Below, piece by piece: positions 27,069 through 36,046 of a DNA stretch of 64,000 bases. The stretch comes from a virus. The stretch spans positions 1-64,000 of IMG/VR virus record IMGVR_UViG_3300009365_003824. The stretch is one strand, 5' to 3'. Every line of letters starts with the position of its first letter. Position 1 is the first letter of the stretch. The notes under the pieces were generated by a model. That model made no database searches. It saw only the letters and a list, made by a program, of their open reading frames with translations, and was not told where the DNA came from. The translations under genes and the position numbers were made by a program.

Positions 27069-29555
27069 TTAAAAATCGGTTCCAACGTAATCGCTGTTAT
27101 ATTCAAAGGAACCTGTTCTGTGTATTGAAAACTCAATAAATATGAATTCAACAGCTTTGGTTGGTTGAATTCCGATTCTTGCCCAAAATTCATTTCTGTC
27201 TACTCTGTCTGGAGTGTTAATATCCCAGTCAGCTTGTATTCTGTAGTCCGTCAAACCTCTACCTGACCTAATAGTGTCTAGGACTCGTGAAGCTATTGTG
27301 ATAAATTTAGAGTGGAAGATGTCATCATGCGGATCAAAGAGCAATCTTCGGGAATCTGCACGAATCCTCTTCTCAGCTACAAACATCATTCTTCGGACGT
27401 TAATTCTATCTAATGCAGTTGGTGTTCGTTGTAAAGTCTTTTGACCCCAAGCAACGAAACCATCAATGTCTCTAAATTGAACGATTGGATTGACAGCATT
27501 TCTCCAACCATAGAGCAAATCTCTTTCTGCAAGAGTTGGACGTTGGAATACGTCTTTAACATTCGGAACCTGTCCTCTTGAGGCACCAGCAGGTGCGTAC
27601 CAAGGAGCGGATAGCGAATCGCTACGTGCAATTGTTGCTAAAACGCTTCCAGACGGTGGAACCCAAACATCGACCTGATTGAAAGAATCAAACTGCTTCA
27701 GCCACGGCCAGTAAAGTGCCGCAAAGTCAGAATCCAGTCTGGTATCATTCAGTGGATGCCTTCCGTTGTGCCAATCCACAATCTCTTGTAGATACAAGCC
27801 AAACGGCGGGTCAAGAATTCCCAAACAATCCATTCTCTCATTTTGGCAAACATCAATGATGCCTTCCATAACGGAAGTAGATGAATGACCCGGAGCGGCC
27901 AGAAGGTCAATATCAACCTGTTCTGGTTCGGACAGAGCGTAAAGACCTGTCATTTCGTAAAGATCACCGATGATTAAATCATCTTGGTCATCTGGATCAG
28001 CCGGAATACCATCGCTACCACCTGCTAAATCGTAGGTGCCATCTGCTGGGGATGCCGGATTGTCTGGATCGTCTGTAACTCTAACCCAGTTAGAAACGAT
28101 AGAGAGGAAGCTCTCAACATAAAATCGGCTAGTAGCGTCTTTGGTCAAATTGCCCCAAGACTCTGTTTGCGTGCTGTTGTTATAAACTTCCAAAGTAAAG
28201 GTGCCTTGTCTCAGGTCATTAGTAATTACGACCTGGGTGTTGTTACCATCAATACCTGGGCTGTCAGCAGCCAAGCTGAAGGTTACATCGCCGGTTGCGG
28301 CTGCATCGCCTACGACAATGCCGTAAGTATCAATTGACGCATCACCGGAAACACCTGCTGGACTTACACCAGTGTCAGCTTGCGTTGGGCCAGCAGTTGG
28401 GAAGCCGAAGATAGGAGCACCAGAGCTACCCGGTTTTACACGCAATGCTGCGTCTACACCGTGATGCAATGATACGATAGAAATACTCTTCAAACTTACC
28501 AAACCGGCCAGTTCTGGATCGCCTGATACTTCAGTGGGCACGGAAGCCGCGTCACCACCGATAGCTACAAAGCCACCCGGCAAACTTGCGATTTGTTCAT
28601 TAATTTCATCAACAACTTCATCAGTTGTGGATGTGATACCTTCCAAGTCTCCCAAGTCTACGACTTGAACTACTTGGTCGATACTTGTACTGTCTGTTCC
28701 ATCTACCACAATCTCCAAAAGCACATCTGTTTCGGAGGTTAAGTCCCAAGTGTCTGCTACACCTAAGCTGCTAGAATCTGGGTCTGGGTAGCCCGTGGTG
28801 GTTCCAAGAACCTGAGCACGAGTCATTCCAGTTCCGAGTCCAGTCACATTAGGTCCACCAAGAGCTACTGTGGAACCGCCGTAAATTGCGTCTTTGACTG
28901 ATACCAACTCAAGTGAGGCATCAGGACCAAACGCGAAAGTGGTGCGAACACCGATTTCATTTCCTGTAGTGCAGAAAAATTCAATCCCATCATCATCTGT
29001 AAGTTGAAGATTTAAGTCTTCAACTAATTGGAGGCAGCTATACTTATCACCTGTTAGCGGAGCCGGACGATTTGCGTCGGCGTAAACTAGCAAGGTTTTT
29101 GAGGATAGAACTGTATTTAGTCTCCAACGGAAGAAGGAATCCACAGCAAAGCTGTAAACTGGAAGTGCTGTTGGAGATGCAACATTGGACGTAATAATAA
29201 TTTGTCCACCAGCAGCAGGAACTTCGATTTCAGCCGTAGTTGCTTGCTCCCAGCTTGTGTTGTTTTCCTCGGCCACACGGACAATCCAAAGCTCGTTAGC
29301 AATAGCTAAGTATTGCGTAGCGGCGTAAAGTAAATACGGATCGCCTGTTTGGGGGTGAGGATACCCAAAAACTTCAGTTAATTCTCTTCTAGTTCTGATT
29401 TGTGTTGGGAGGTTAATCGGTCCCTTACTAGCAAATCCTACTAATCCAGCACGATGGAAAGATGATCCTACGTCATAGAAACTCAAGTCGGTTTCTTTAA
29501 TTCTCACCGACGCTGAGATTGTATTAGATGGAGGAAACCCTTTTAAAATTGCCAT
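27069..29555 (-). CDS. contractile tail sheath protein (gp18-like)
   Basis: GFASKGP, YWPW, PPSG, WYAPAG..RG, WGQKTLQ, LDRINVRR, IQPTKAVEFI. Confidence 0.95.
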   Translation of the reverse strand: MAILKGFPPSNTISASVRIKETDLSFYDVGSSFHRAGLVGFASKGPINLPTQIRTRRELTEVFGYPHPQTGDPYLLYAATQYLAIANELWIVRVAEENNTSWEQATTAEIEVPAAGGQIIITSNVASPTALPVYSFAVDSFFRWRLNTVLSSKTLLVYADANRPAPLTGDKYSCLQLVEDLNLQLTDDDGIEFFCTTGNEIGVRTTFAFGPDASLELVSVKDAIYGGSTVALGGPNVTGLGTGMTRAQVLGTTTGYPDPDSSSLGVADTWDLTSETDVLLEIVVDGTDSTSIDQVVQVVDLGDLEGITSTTDEVVDEINEQIASLPGGFVAIGGDAASVPTEVSGDPELAGLVSLKSISIVSLHHGVDAALRVKPGSSGAPIFGFPTAGPTQADTGVSPAGVSGDASIDTYGIVVGDAAATGDVTFSLAADSPGIDGNNTQVVITNDLRQGTFTLEVYNNSTQTESWGNLTKDATSRFYVESFLSIVSNWVRVTDDPDNPASPADGTYDLAGGSDGIPADPDDQDDLIIGDLYEMTGLYALSEPEQVDIDLLAAPGHSSTSVMEGIIDVCQNERMDCLGILDPPFGLYLQEIVDWHNGRHPLNDTRLDSDFAALYWPWLKQFDSFNQVDVWVPPSGSVLATIARSDSLSAPWYAPAGASRGQVPNVKDVFQRPTLAERDLLYGWRNAVNPIVQFRDIDGFVAWGQKTLQRTPTALDRINVRRMMFVAEKRIRADSRRLLFDPHDDIFHSKFITIASRVLDTIRSGRGLTDYRIQADWDINTPDRVDRNEFWARIGIQPTKAVEFIFIEFSIHRTGSFEYNSDYVGTDF

Positions 29556-29567
29556 TCTTATTCTCCC

Positions 29568-29780
29568 TTAATTTAACCTGTTAGGTACGTATCGAGTAGA
29601 AATTAAACCCATTGCTTCTACACGGTCTATATATTCAGTTGCTCGCTCATCTTCAAGCAAAATTGTGTTTTTTCCTTCTCCCAATCCTGGGACTATTTTG
29701 GTCGTGAAAGATCGAGGCTTCCTTCTTGATCTTACAACTAGCTGAACTGGTTGTTTAGTTTTGTTTCTTATTTCAAGCAT
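29568..29780 (-). CDS. small hypothetical protein upstream of sheath
   Basis: 70-aa ORF coupled to gp15-like gene. Confidence 0.65.
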   Translation of the reverse strand: MLEIRNKTKQPVQLVVRSRRKPRSFTTKIVPGLGEGKNTILLEDERATEYIDRVEAMGLISTRYVPNRLN

Positions 29781-30774
29781 TGTCTAAATCTTTCACCGTA
29801 GTTTTAACTCTACTAATAACCTGTGTCACATCCTCGTCCTTGACAGCATTAACAAACTCTTGGTTAATACTCAAAACAGCCTTTCGTCTCTCAATGGGCT
29901 GCGGGATATAGCTTTCTGCCAACATGTTAAACTGCATTTTTATAATTCGGATAGCTTGATCACCCGGAGCAACCTCTGTATTATTACCCGAAGATTCAAA
30001 TTTAACAATTATCTCCCAATGTACACCGCGTATGTTTATATATGCGCATGGATTGAATTTCAGAAAAATTTGTTCCGCGATCTGGTTCATGTCTTCGATA
30101 TATAGTGTCCATATCCAAAGACTATAACTAATATCAACTGGGATACCTCTAGTAACGCCAAATAGCGTTCCACGATGCTTGTTTTCGTTGACATAGTTAC
30201 TCCTAGACCACCTTTTTGCGGCACTATAAGTATATCTATCCTGATTGAATTGCATGTCGTTCTGATGAATGGCCATAAAAGGCAAACGAATGCGATCCAC
30301 CACCAACGTATTGTCCTTTCGGACGTTATCTTGAACGATAGCTGCCACCGCTTTTTCCTGGGGTCCAAAAATAATAGGAACAGGATGTTCCTTGCCATTT
30401 TCATCAAAAACAATTATATCCCTAAACAAGTCTGTAACTGCTTCATCGCAGCCACGAATTGCTTTGGAATACCTGTTTATAATATGACCACGATGCGGAG
30501 GAGTTGTCAAAGGCTCTTGCGGGTCATTTTTAATATTCCCCGTCATCATAGGATCGCAATCACCACGGGAACCAATCCCTGTTTTCTTCATGTAGTCTGT
30601 CTCAAGCCAAGAAGCGGGGCCAGTGGCAACTCTTCTTAAGGTAGGCTCTTGTGTTTCGTCACATCTTTTCCCCCAAGGAGGGTCTAAATTCAACTTGTTA
30701 ATAACCGGACTTTTTGGATTGCAAGGATTTAGTGAAGGTTCTGTGTTGATTGAGTTTTCAGTGCGTTCAGCCAT
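29773..30774 (-). CDS. tail terminator/sheath stabilizer (gp15-like)
   Basis: VPIIFGPQEK, RLPFM, PVDISYSL, DMNQIAEQI..KFNP. Confidence 0.82.
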   Translation of the reverse strand: MAERTENSINTEPSLNPCNPKSPVINKLNLDPPWGKRCDETQEPTLRRVATGPASWLETDYMKKTGIGSRGDCDPMMTGNIKNDPQEPLTTPPHRGHIINRYSKAIRGCDEAVTDLFRDIIVFDENGKEHPVPIIFGPQEKAVAAIVQDNVRKDNTLVVDRIRLPFMAIHQNDMQFNQDRYTYSAAKRWSRSNYVNENKHRGTLFGVTRGIPVDISYSLWIWTLYIEDMNQIAEQIFLKFNPCAYINIRGVHWEIIVKFESSGNNTEVAPGDQAIRIIKMQFNMLAESYIPQPIERRKAVLSINQEFVNAVKDEDVTQVISRVKTTVKDLDNA

Positions 30775-30821
30775 AAATATACCTTTCCACTATTTATTGG
30801 TATTACTCTTTTATTTTCATA

Positions 30822-30989
30822 ATGAAATATTTCAAACTTAAGAAAAACAAAGTCCCTACCCCCGTGGTAACAGAGCGTATATTTCAAAATAAACTGCCTA
30901 AATGCAGGCCCACCTTAACATTCTTCAAAAAGGTTCATCGCATTGAATATGGGGAAGAAATTATTCCCCCAGAACATCATCAATCGTGA
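30822..30989 (+). CDS. small basic hypothetical protein (55 aa, not in ORF track)
   Basis: MKYFKLKKNK...; ACTCTTTTA motif upstream; fills otherwise empty space. Confidence 0.45.
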   Translation: MKYFKLKKNKVPTPVVTERIFQNKLPKCRPTLTFFKKVHRIEYGEEIIPPEHHQS

Positions 30990-31512
30990 AGTCTGGCTTC
31001 TGTTGAGTAACTTTCCCCTCGCCAGTCGTAGTGGATTCTTGGAATCTCTGGCAAATCATCTCAAGGCGAATAGCGCCCCATTTATGAAATTGACCTAGAT
31101 TTCTTTGAATGAGAATCCAATTCTCACTAAGGTGAGGAGAAAAGAACCTAGAGCCTATCTTGGGAGGATGTCCTACCGCTTTTAATATGGCTTTGTAATT
31201 AACCTGAAAAATAATTTCGTCAGGAGAATCAATTCCCCACTCTGTTTGATCATTCTGAGATGGAATAGGTTCGTAATAAGCATAAATTGTTATAGGATTG
31301 GCCGACCAAAGTTTGCCTCTATCTTCGACATAAAGAGGATCTACTGTTTGATCTTGAATGAAGACTTCATAATAAAAAAGAGGCGTCCCTGATATTTTTA
31401 TAGCTTCCTCGTCCCACCTGTTCAATATTTCATGATCAGGTGAATCAGGATTAAATTGACGCATACTCCCTACTGGGTGGTATACTGTTCCATCAGTCCT
31501 ATAAATTGCCAT
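30961..31512 (-). CDS. neck/head-closure protein (gp14-like)
   Basis: EAIKISG...DPLYVED...WGIDSPDE...PKIGS; upstream of gp15-like gene. Confidence 0.72.
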   Translation of the reverse strand: MAIYRTDGTVYHPVGSMRQFNPDSPDHEILNRWDEEAIKISGTPLFYYEVFIQDQTVDPLYVEDRGKLWSANPITIYAYYEPIPSQNDQTEWGIDSPDEIIFQVNYKAILKAVGHPPKIGSRFFSPHLSENWILIQRNLGQFHKWGAIRLEMICQRFQESTTTGEGKVTQQKPDFTIDDVLGE

Positions 31513-32018
31513 TAAGCACCACCTAAGTTGGGGACACTTTTATGTGTTCGTCCTTTTTGACTCCAAAAATCCATTTCATCCAACCTTGTGGCCATTTCCC
31601 TAATTGCTGTAGCACCTTGTCTGATAAGACCCCTGGAAGCCTCATCAATCTCAGTAGGCGGAACCTTTCTTAAGTTTTCCGTTAATTTCAAGAAAGACTC
31701 TATAGCTATCTTGATTTCGGTTTTAAGAGAAGTGCCCCAAGCACCATGAATCCAATTGCTTTCATGGAATTGTTCACATTTCCAAGCAAGGTATTTACAT
31801 TGCCACTCGGTTCTCTCAGAAACTTCCCCAGTGTGTTGTAGTTCCACAAGAACCCTGTTAATGGACATAGCCATATCAGCCATATCACTGAATCCTGGTG
31901 AATCTAATTGACGGAGTTCCTGTTGGAGCTTCTGAGACGCCTCAGTTAAGGTATCAAAAAAATAATTAGGTTGACCCTGAGCGTCGATTTCGTATTGCCA
32001 TTCATTTAAAGTCTTCAT
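31512..32018 (-). CDS. capsid-targeting-like N-terminus protein
   Basis: MKTLNEW...LTEA; TAAATA 5 nt before ATG. Confidence 0.65.
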   Translation of the reverse strand: MKTLNEWQYEIDAQGQPNYFFDTLTEASQKLQQELRQLDSPGFSDMADMAMSINRVLVELQHTGEVSERTEWQCKYLAWKCEQFHESNWIHGAWGTSLKTEIKIAIESFLKLTENLRKVPPTEIDEASRGLIRQGATAIREMATRLDEMDFWSQKGRTHKSVPNLGGA

Positions 32019-32035
32019 GCCTTTATTTATGAATG

Positions 32036-32464
32036 TTACGAATTATTTTCAGAAACAAGAGTGAATTTAGGATGCACAGAGAAAAGACCCCCGCCCGATG
32101 GTAGTTCAACCGGAGCATAAGCGGCCTGTTGTGCCCAGAGTAATTCAGTTCCAGCAGCATTGGTTACAAAGTACCCATAAATGTCTTGTGCTACTGTGAA
32201 TGTAAATTCTTGTTCGGATGCATATTCAGCATATCCTTTGTTTAAACCATCGGTGCTTATTGCCCAGCTTCCAGAGGCAAGAGTCTTAGCAGCGTAGCCA
32301 GTGCCGCCAGGACACTCTGTAAAATCAGCTAAAATGGTATCCCCATCCAAGGTCAATTCATTAGAATACAATCTTAATGCTACGTTAGATGCTGGATTAA
32401 CATTTAAAATGATTTTCAGCATATTCAGTTCTGCTACATCGGGTACAATTAGGCTTTCAGACAT
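32036..32464 (-). CDS. putative virion structural protein
   Basis: LRLYSN...DFTE...GYAAKTL...W...FTFT...YGYFV pattern typical of phage tail/baseplate-associated proteins. Confidence 0.6.
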   Translation of the reverse strand: MSESLIVPDVAELNMLKIILNVNPASNVALRLYSNELTLDGDTILADFTECPGGTGYAAKTLASGSWAISTDGLNKGYAEYASEQEFTFTVAQDIYGYFVTNAAGTELLWAQQAAYAPVELPSGGGLFSVHPKFTLVSENNS

Positions 32465-32479
32465 ATTACTCTCCTGATT

Positions 32480-33316
32480 TTATGTAGTCCACGCCTCGAT
32501 TCTTTTCCTTGCATCTTCCTTTGCGTCTTCTACCCAATCTATCATTTTTTCTAAATGAGGCGGGCTGTATAATTTGGCAGAAGTATAAGTTCTAGGGTGA
32601 TCTATGTTTTCATCCAGGTTTCTACAATGGTTTTTTTCATTGCCTATAAACAAGGGTTCTATGCCACTTCGATTTAATATGTAGTTTCCAAGCACTTCCG
32701 TATCGGGCCAATTAGGAGAATTGGGATCGGGTTTTCTGTTTTGAATTCCGGTTGTATTGCATAATCTTCTCAACGACCAACCGAAACCTATCTTATCCAT
32801 AGTGAACATGTGATACATGGTGGCTGTATGACTCACCATGAATTCCCAATCAGCGTGTTCACGAGGAGTTAGTCGATAACCAACTACTGGTGATTCCTCT
32901 TTGCATTTTTGCAAAAGGTCTTCTACAAAATCTCTTCTTTTTAGAAAACAGTCAGAATGAGTAGCAAATAAGTAATCTGTCCTACACATCGAAAATGCCA
33001 AATCCATTGCTATAGCAGGATAATCTGAAGGGTGAACAACACCATTCAAGCGAAGCGAATGCACTTCTACATCTTCATCCCTTAGTGACTCTATCTTTTC
33101 AAGTTCACTTTCACAGCTTCCGGTATCAATAATGACAATAAAGGGGCGAACTGTTTGTAGTTTCAACAATTGCACTACGAGTTCTAGGGTGTCATAAGTA
33201 TCCAAAACTGGAACAACAGCAGTGACTTCATATTCCCAAGGCTTCTTTTCACAATCTCCCTCCCAAGGTAATTCCGTTGTGGGACGCCCTTTCAAGGGTG
33301 AAATTCTATCTCTCAT
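32480..33316 (-). CDS. GT2-like glycosyltransferase (paralog of 23844-24830)
   Basis: PWEGDCEKKPWEYEVTAV, IIDTGS, ATHSD, WPDTE. Confidence 0.75.
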   Translation of the reverse strand: MRDRISPLKGRPTTELPWEGDCEKKPWEYEVTAVVPVLDTYDTLELVVQLLKLQTVRPFIVIIDTGSCESELEKIESLRDEDVEVHSLRLNGVVHPSDYPAIAMDLAFSMCRTDYLFATHSDCFLKRRDFVEDLLQKCKEESPVVGYRLTPREHADWEFMVSHTATMYHMFTMDKIGFGWSLRRLCNTTGIQNRKPDPNSPNWPDTEVLGNYILNRSGIEPLFIGNEKNHCRNLDENIDHPRTYTSAKLYSPPHLEKMIDWVEDAKEDARKRIEAWTT

Positions 33317-34359
33317 GCAATGGTGCCCTCGTAATTGATTTTTCGACTATTTGTAAATAAGTCATATGTCTTGTATTTTTTGTATAGCTCCCAATATTCT
33401 GGGTAGTTTATCAATTCCATTTCTAAACTTGCGATATGCGGTCTGGCGGCTTTAAGTTTCGCATCCTGGGGATGCCAACTCATTGAAAGAAGGTGTTCTG
33501 CCATTCTCTTTGGAATCAGTTTGTATCTTTCACTTTTGAGTTGATAAAACACCCAACTCCCGAAATCCTGGCTCAAACAGTCATACTCAAAATTTGCATC
33601 AAATTTTTCTGGGTATTTGGCAAGCAGTCCTTTGTAGAAACGACGGAATTCTTTTTCACTTAAATCTTTTTTGATGTTGAATTCTTTGTTTACGTGATAC
33701 CCTGTCCACCGCTCTTTAATTAACGCTTTTTTACATGTCACCATAGGTGTGTTGATATGTGGAAGGTTGAGTTTTTTGGCACCTTGGAAATTATAAGTTG
33801 ATACTATTGATCCTAAAATAGGAGGATTATAAACTGCTGCAACTTCTTCATTTTCAAGAAGTTGCATAGATTCCTCGGCCCATGCGGGGTTGGTGACAAT
33901 CATATCATCATGGAGCAATGTATATGCTTTTGTATGCACCCAAGGGATTGCCATTTCTATGGCTTCTCCATGACCAATTCGGCTCCAAACCCTAGCAATG
34001 GTGATGGGCATGTCCCTATCATTCCATTTTAAACTTCTTAGGTCTTCCAAAAACTCCTGTTTTGTATCTTGAACAGATGTGTCTCCTGTGCGCGAGTCTG
34101 GCCCATTAATGCAAACAATGAGATGTTCTAAATTCCCAGAAGATCGCAACAAAAGAGAAAAAACAGCCCACATCAAACAATCAATTTGACTTTGGTAGGT
34201 GGCTATGATAGCAGTGGTTTTGTCAGATACTAAGGACAAATCTTCACAAGCCTTGCGATTTAATATCATGTGCTTGTGAAAATCAGATTCTTCAAACCCA
34301 TCATCTATAACATTCTTGATGAACATTCTTTTCGATTTTTTGTCCATTCTCTCAGCCAT
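33313..34359 (-). CDS. GT-A-like glycosyltransferase (paralog of 48793-49839)
   Basis: INGPDSRTG, WSRIGHGEA, LHDD, DFGS. Confidence 0.65.
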   Translation of the reverse strand: MAERMDKKSKRMFIKNVIDDGFEESDFHKHMILNRKACEDLSLVSDKTTAIIATYQSQIDCLMWAVFSLLLRSSGNLEHLIVCINGPDSRTGDTSVQDTKQEFLEDLRSLKWNDRDMPITIARVWSRIGHGEAIEMAIPWVHTKAYTLLHDDMIVTNPAWAEESMQLLENEEVAAVYNPPILGSIVSTYNFQGAKKLNLPHINTPMVTCKKALIKERWTGYHVNKEFNIKKDLSEKEFRRFYKGLLAKYPEKFDANFEYDCLSQDFGSWVFYQLKSERYKLIPKRMAEHLLSMSWHPQDAKLKAARPHIASLEMELINYPEYWELYKKYKTYDLFTNSRKINYEGTIA

Positions 34360-35096
34360 TGTTCAAACTCCTCTTTGTTATAACTACCTTGTTTTTTTAA
34401 ATTAGTAACTGCTTTGCATGGTCTTAAATTTTCTAGGCAATTTATTATTCTCATGTCTGTGATACCATGATCAATAAAAGCCTTTATAGGAAAAACGTGA
34501 TCTAAGTGCCATTCGCTTTTTTTAAGTTGTGGCCAATCTGGGTGTTGTTCTACGTGTTCTTTTAATTCTTTGGAATCATACCCCAACAAATCTTTAGTAG
34601 GTGATGTTTTTGAGTTGTTGGTTGCATAAAGAGATCGATATAGTAAATTATAGCACTTCTTTCTAAACATTTCATTAAATCTTACTTCATTTCGATCTGG
34701 ATTCCATCTAGGATTACTCTCACCAGAAAGCCCACAGGCTTTGCATCTATGTCCTCTAGTGAAGTTTACAACAGTGGTTGTGCCTATGTGTCCTTTAGGG
34801 CATCGGTATTTTAACTTTTGAACACAGCTAGTGTAGCTGGAGTCTAATAGTTCGTATTCTTCTTTTTCAAAAATGGCTTTAACTTCTTGTAGATTCAAGG
34901 TTCTTCTTTTTTCTAATCCGCAAGCCACACATCTTTGTCCTATTAGGAAATTTTTCAATCTTGTCGAACCCTCATTACCACAAACACAAATGTAATTTAG
35001 GGGGGTTTTGTTGTTTTTGTAATCCTCAGATAATAATTTACAACCAGCATTTTCAAAAATGCCACTTACTTGTTCATAGGTGTATTTTTTAGGCAT
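34305..35096 (-). CDS. free-standing HNH homing endonuclease with zinc-ribbon repeats
   Basis: YICVCG, RCPKGH, GHRC..C, WHLDHVFP...NCLENLRP...NLKK. Confidence 0.82.
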   Translation of the reverse strand: MPKKYTYEQVSGIFENAGCKLLSEDYKNNKTPLNYICVCGNEGSTRLKNFLIGQRCVACGLEKRRTLNLQEVKAIFEKEEYELLDSSYTSCVQKLKYRCPKGHIGTTTVVNFTRGHRCKACGLSGESNPRWNPDRNEVRFNEMFRKKCYNLLYRSLYATNNSKTSPTKDLLGYDSKELKEHVEQHPDWPQLKKSEWHLDHVFPIKAFIDHGITDMRIINCLENLRPCKAVTNLKKQGSYNKEEFEQWLREWTKNRKECSSRML

Positions 35097-35124
35097 TTCG
35101 CTATTCCTCCTTAATATATATAGT

Positions 35125-35760
35125 ATGGCTATATACAATTCTAATGGAACAGTTTATAAATTGCAAGGCCCGAATCCCATGATGAAGAAGCAGAAAATAT
35201 GGGATGAGAAAGGCGAGTTTAAACTACACAACTGTAGTTGGGAAACTGAAGTGCTGGATGACAACCTCCCCCAGCCAGTCCCCACAAAAAGCGACTTTAC
35301 AATCAAAGAAGAGCCAGAACCGGAAGCAAAACCGGAAACAAAACCGGAAATGGAAATCAATGTTGTAGATAGGCATGAAGACGACGACATGCCAGAAATC
35401 ACAATAGTAGAGAGGAATGCCCCAACACAGCCACCAGAGAGGACTGTTCGTAAATTAGATGGCAAAGTGGTAATGCATTGTTTACAGGCGACCGCTACCA
35501 CAACAAGGGATGATTTTTATGATGAGAGCAGACCTAAAGTTGAATATGACAAGACATTTAACTTTGAGGCTATTATAGCATCCCAAAATGATATAAACAT
35601 GATGTTCTGGACTAACATTAAAATACCAGAACGATCTGTGGTTTATCCTCAAAACCAAGAGAAGCGATGGTGGGAAATAATAGATGTTCAAGAACGAGGC
35701 GGCGGCTATTTACATGTAACCATGCCAAGCACTGTTAATCCGAGTTTTGCCGAAAAATAG
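35125..35760 (+). CDS. hypothetical protein, N-terminus similar to the gp14-like protein
   Basis: MAIYNSNGTVY vs MAIYRTDGTVY; DDFYDE vs DPLYVE. Confidence 0.65.
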   Translation: MAIYNSNGTVYKLQGPNPMMKKQKIWDEKGEFKLHNCSWETEVLDDNLPQPVPTKSDFTIKEEPEPEAKPETKPEMEINVVDRHEDDDMPEITIVERNAPTQPPERTVRKLDGKVVMHCLQATATTTRDDFYDESRPKVEYDKTFNFEAIIASQNDINMMFWTNIKIPERSVVYPQNQEKRWWEIIDVQERGGGYLHVTMPSTVNPSFAEK

Positions 35761-36046
35761 GCTTGCACTCTGGACAAGACTCTTCCTGTTTGGCCTCTAT
35801 ATTTACATTGTATCCCATTTTATTTAATATGTCCCTATACTGATCGGTCGCAGCTATAAAGCCCATTTCATAGGAATCAATAAACATTCTGCCCAAAGCC
35901 TCTAAATCCCCATCCGTTCTAACGACATGAATTAATCGTTCAACCATATCCTCATGGTTTCCGTACCTATCTTTGAGAAGTTGGTATAGATATTGTTTGA
36001 GTGCTACGCCACGGGGATTTGCCCATGCTTCATATGGATTTGGCAT
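35735..36046 (-). CDS. hypothetical protein
   Basis: 103-aa ORF coupled to the large gene. Confidence 0.6.
   Translation of the reverse strand: MPNPYEAWANPRGVALKQYLYQLLKDRYGNHEDMVERLIHVVRTDGDLEALGRMFIDSYEMGFIAATDQYRDILNKMGYNVNIEAKQEESCPECKPIFRQNSD

Noticed and set aside
25798-31512. Bacterial eCIS/tailocin or prophage-in-chromosome interpretation
   Set aside because: gp13/gp14 neck, gp55, gp46/47 and capsid-tag proteins indicate a headed lytic phage; no host housekeeping context.
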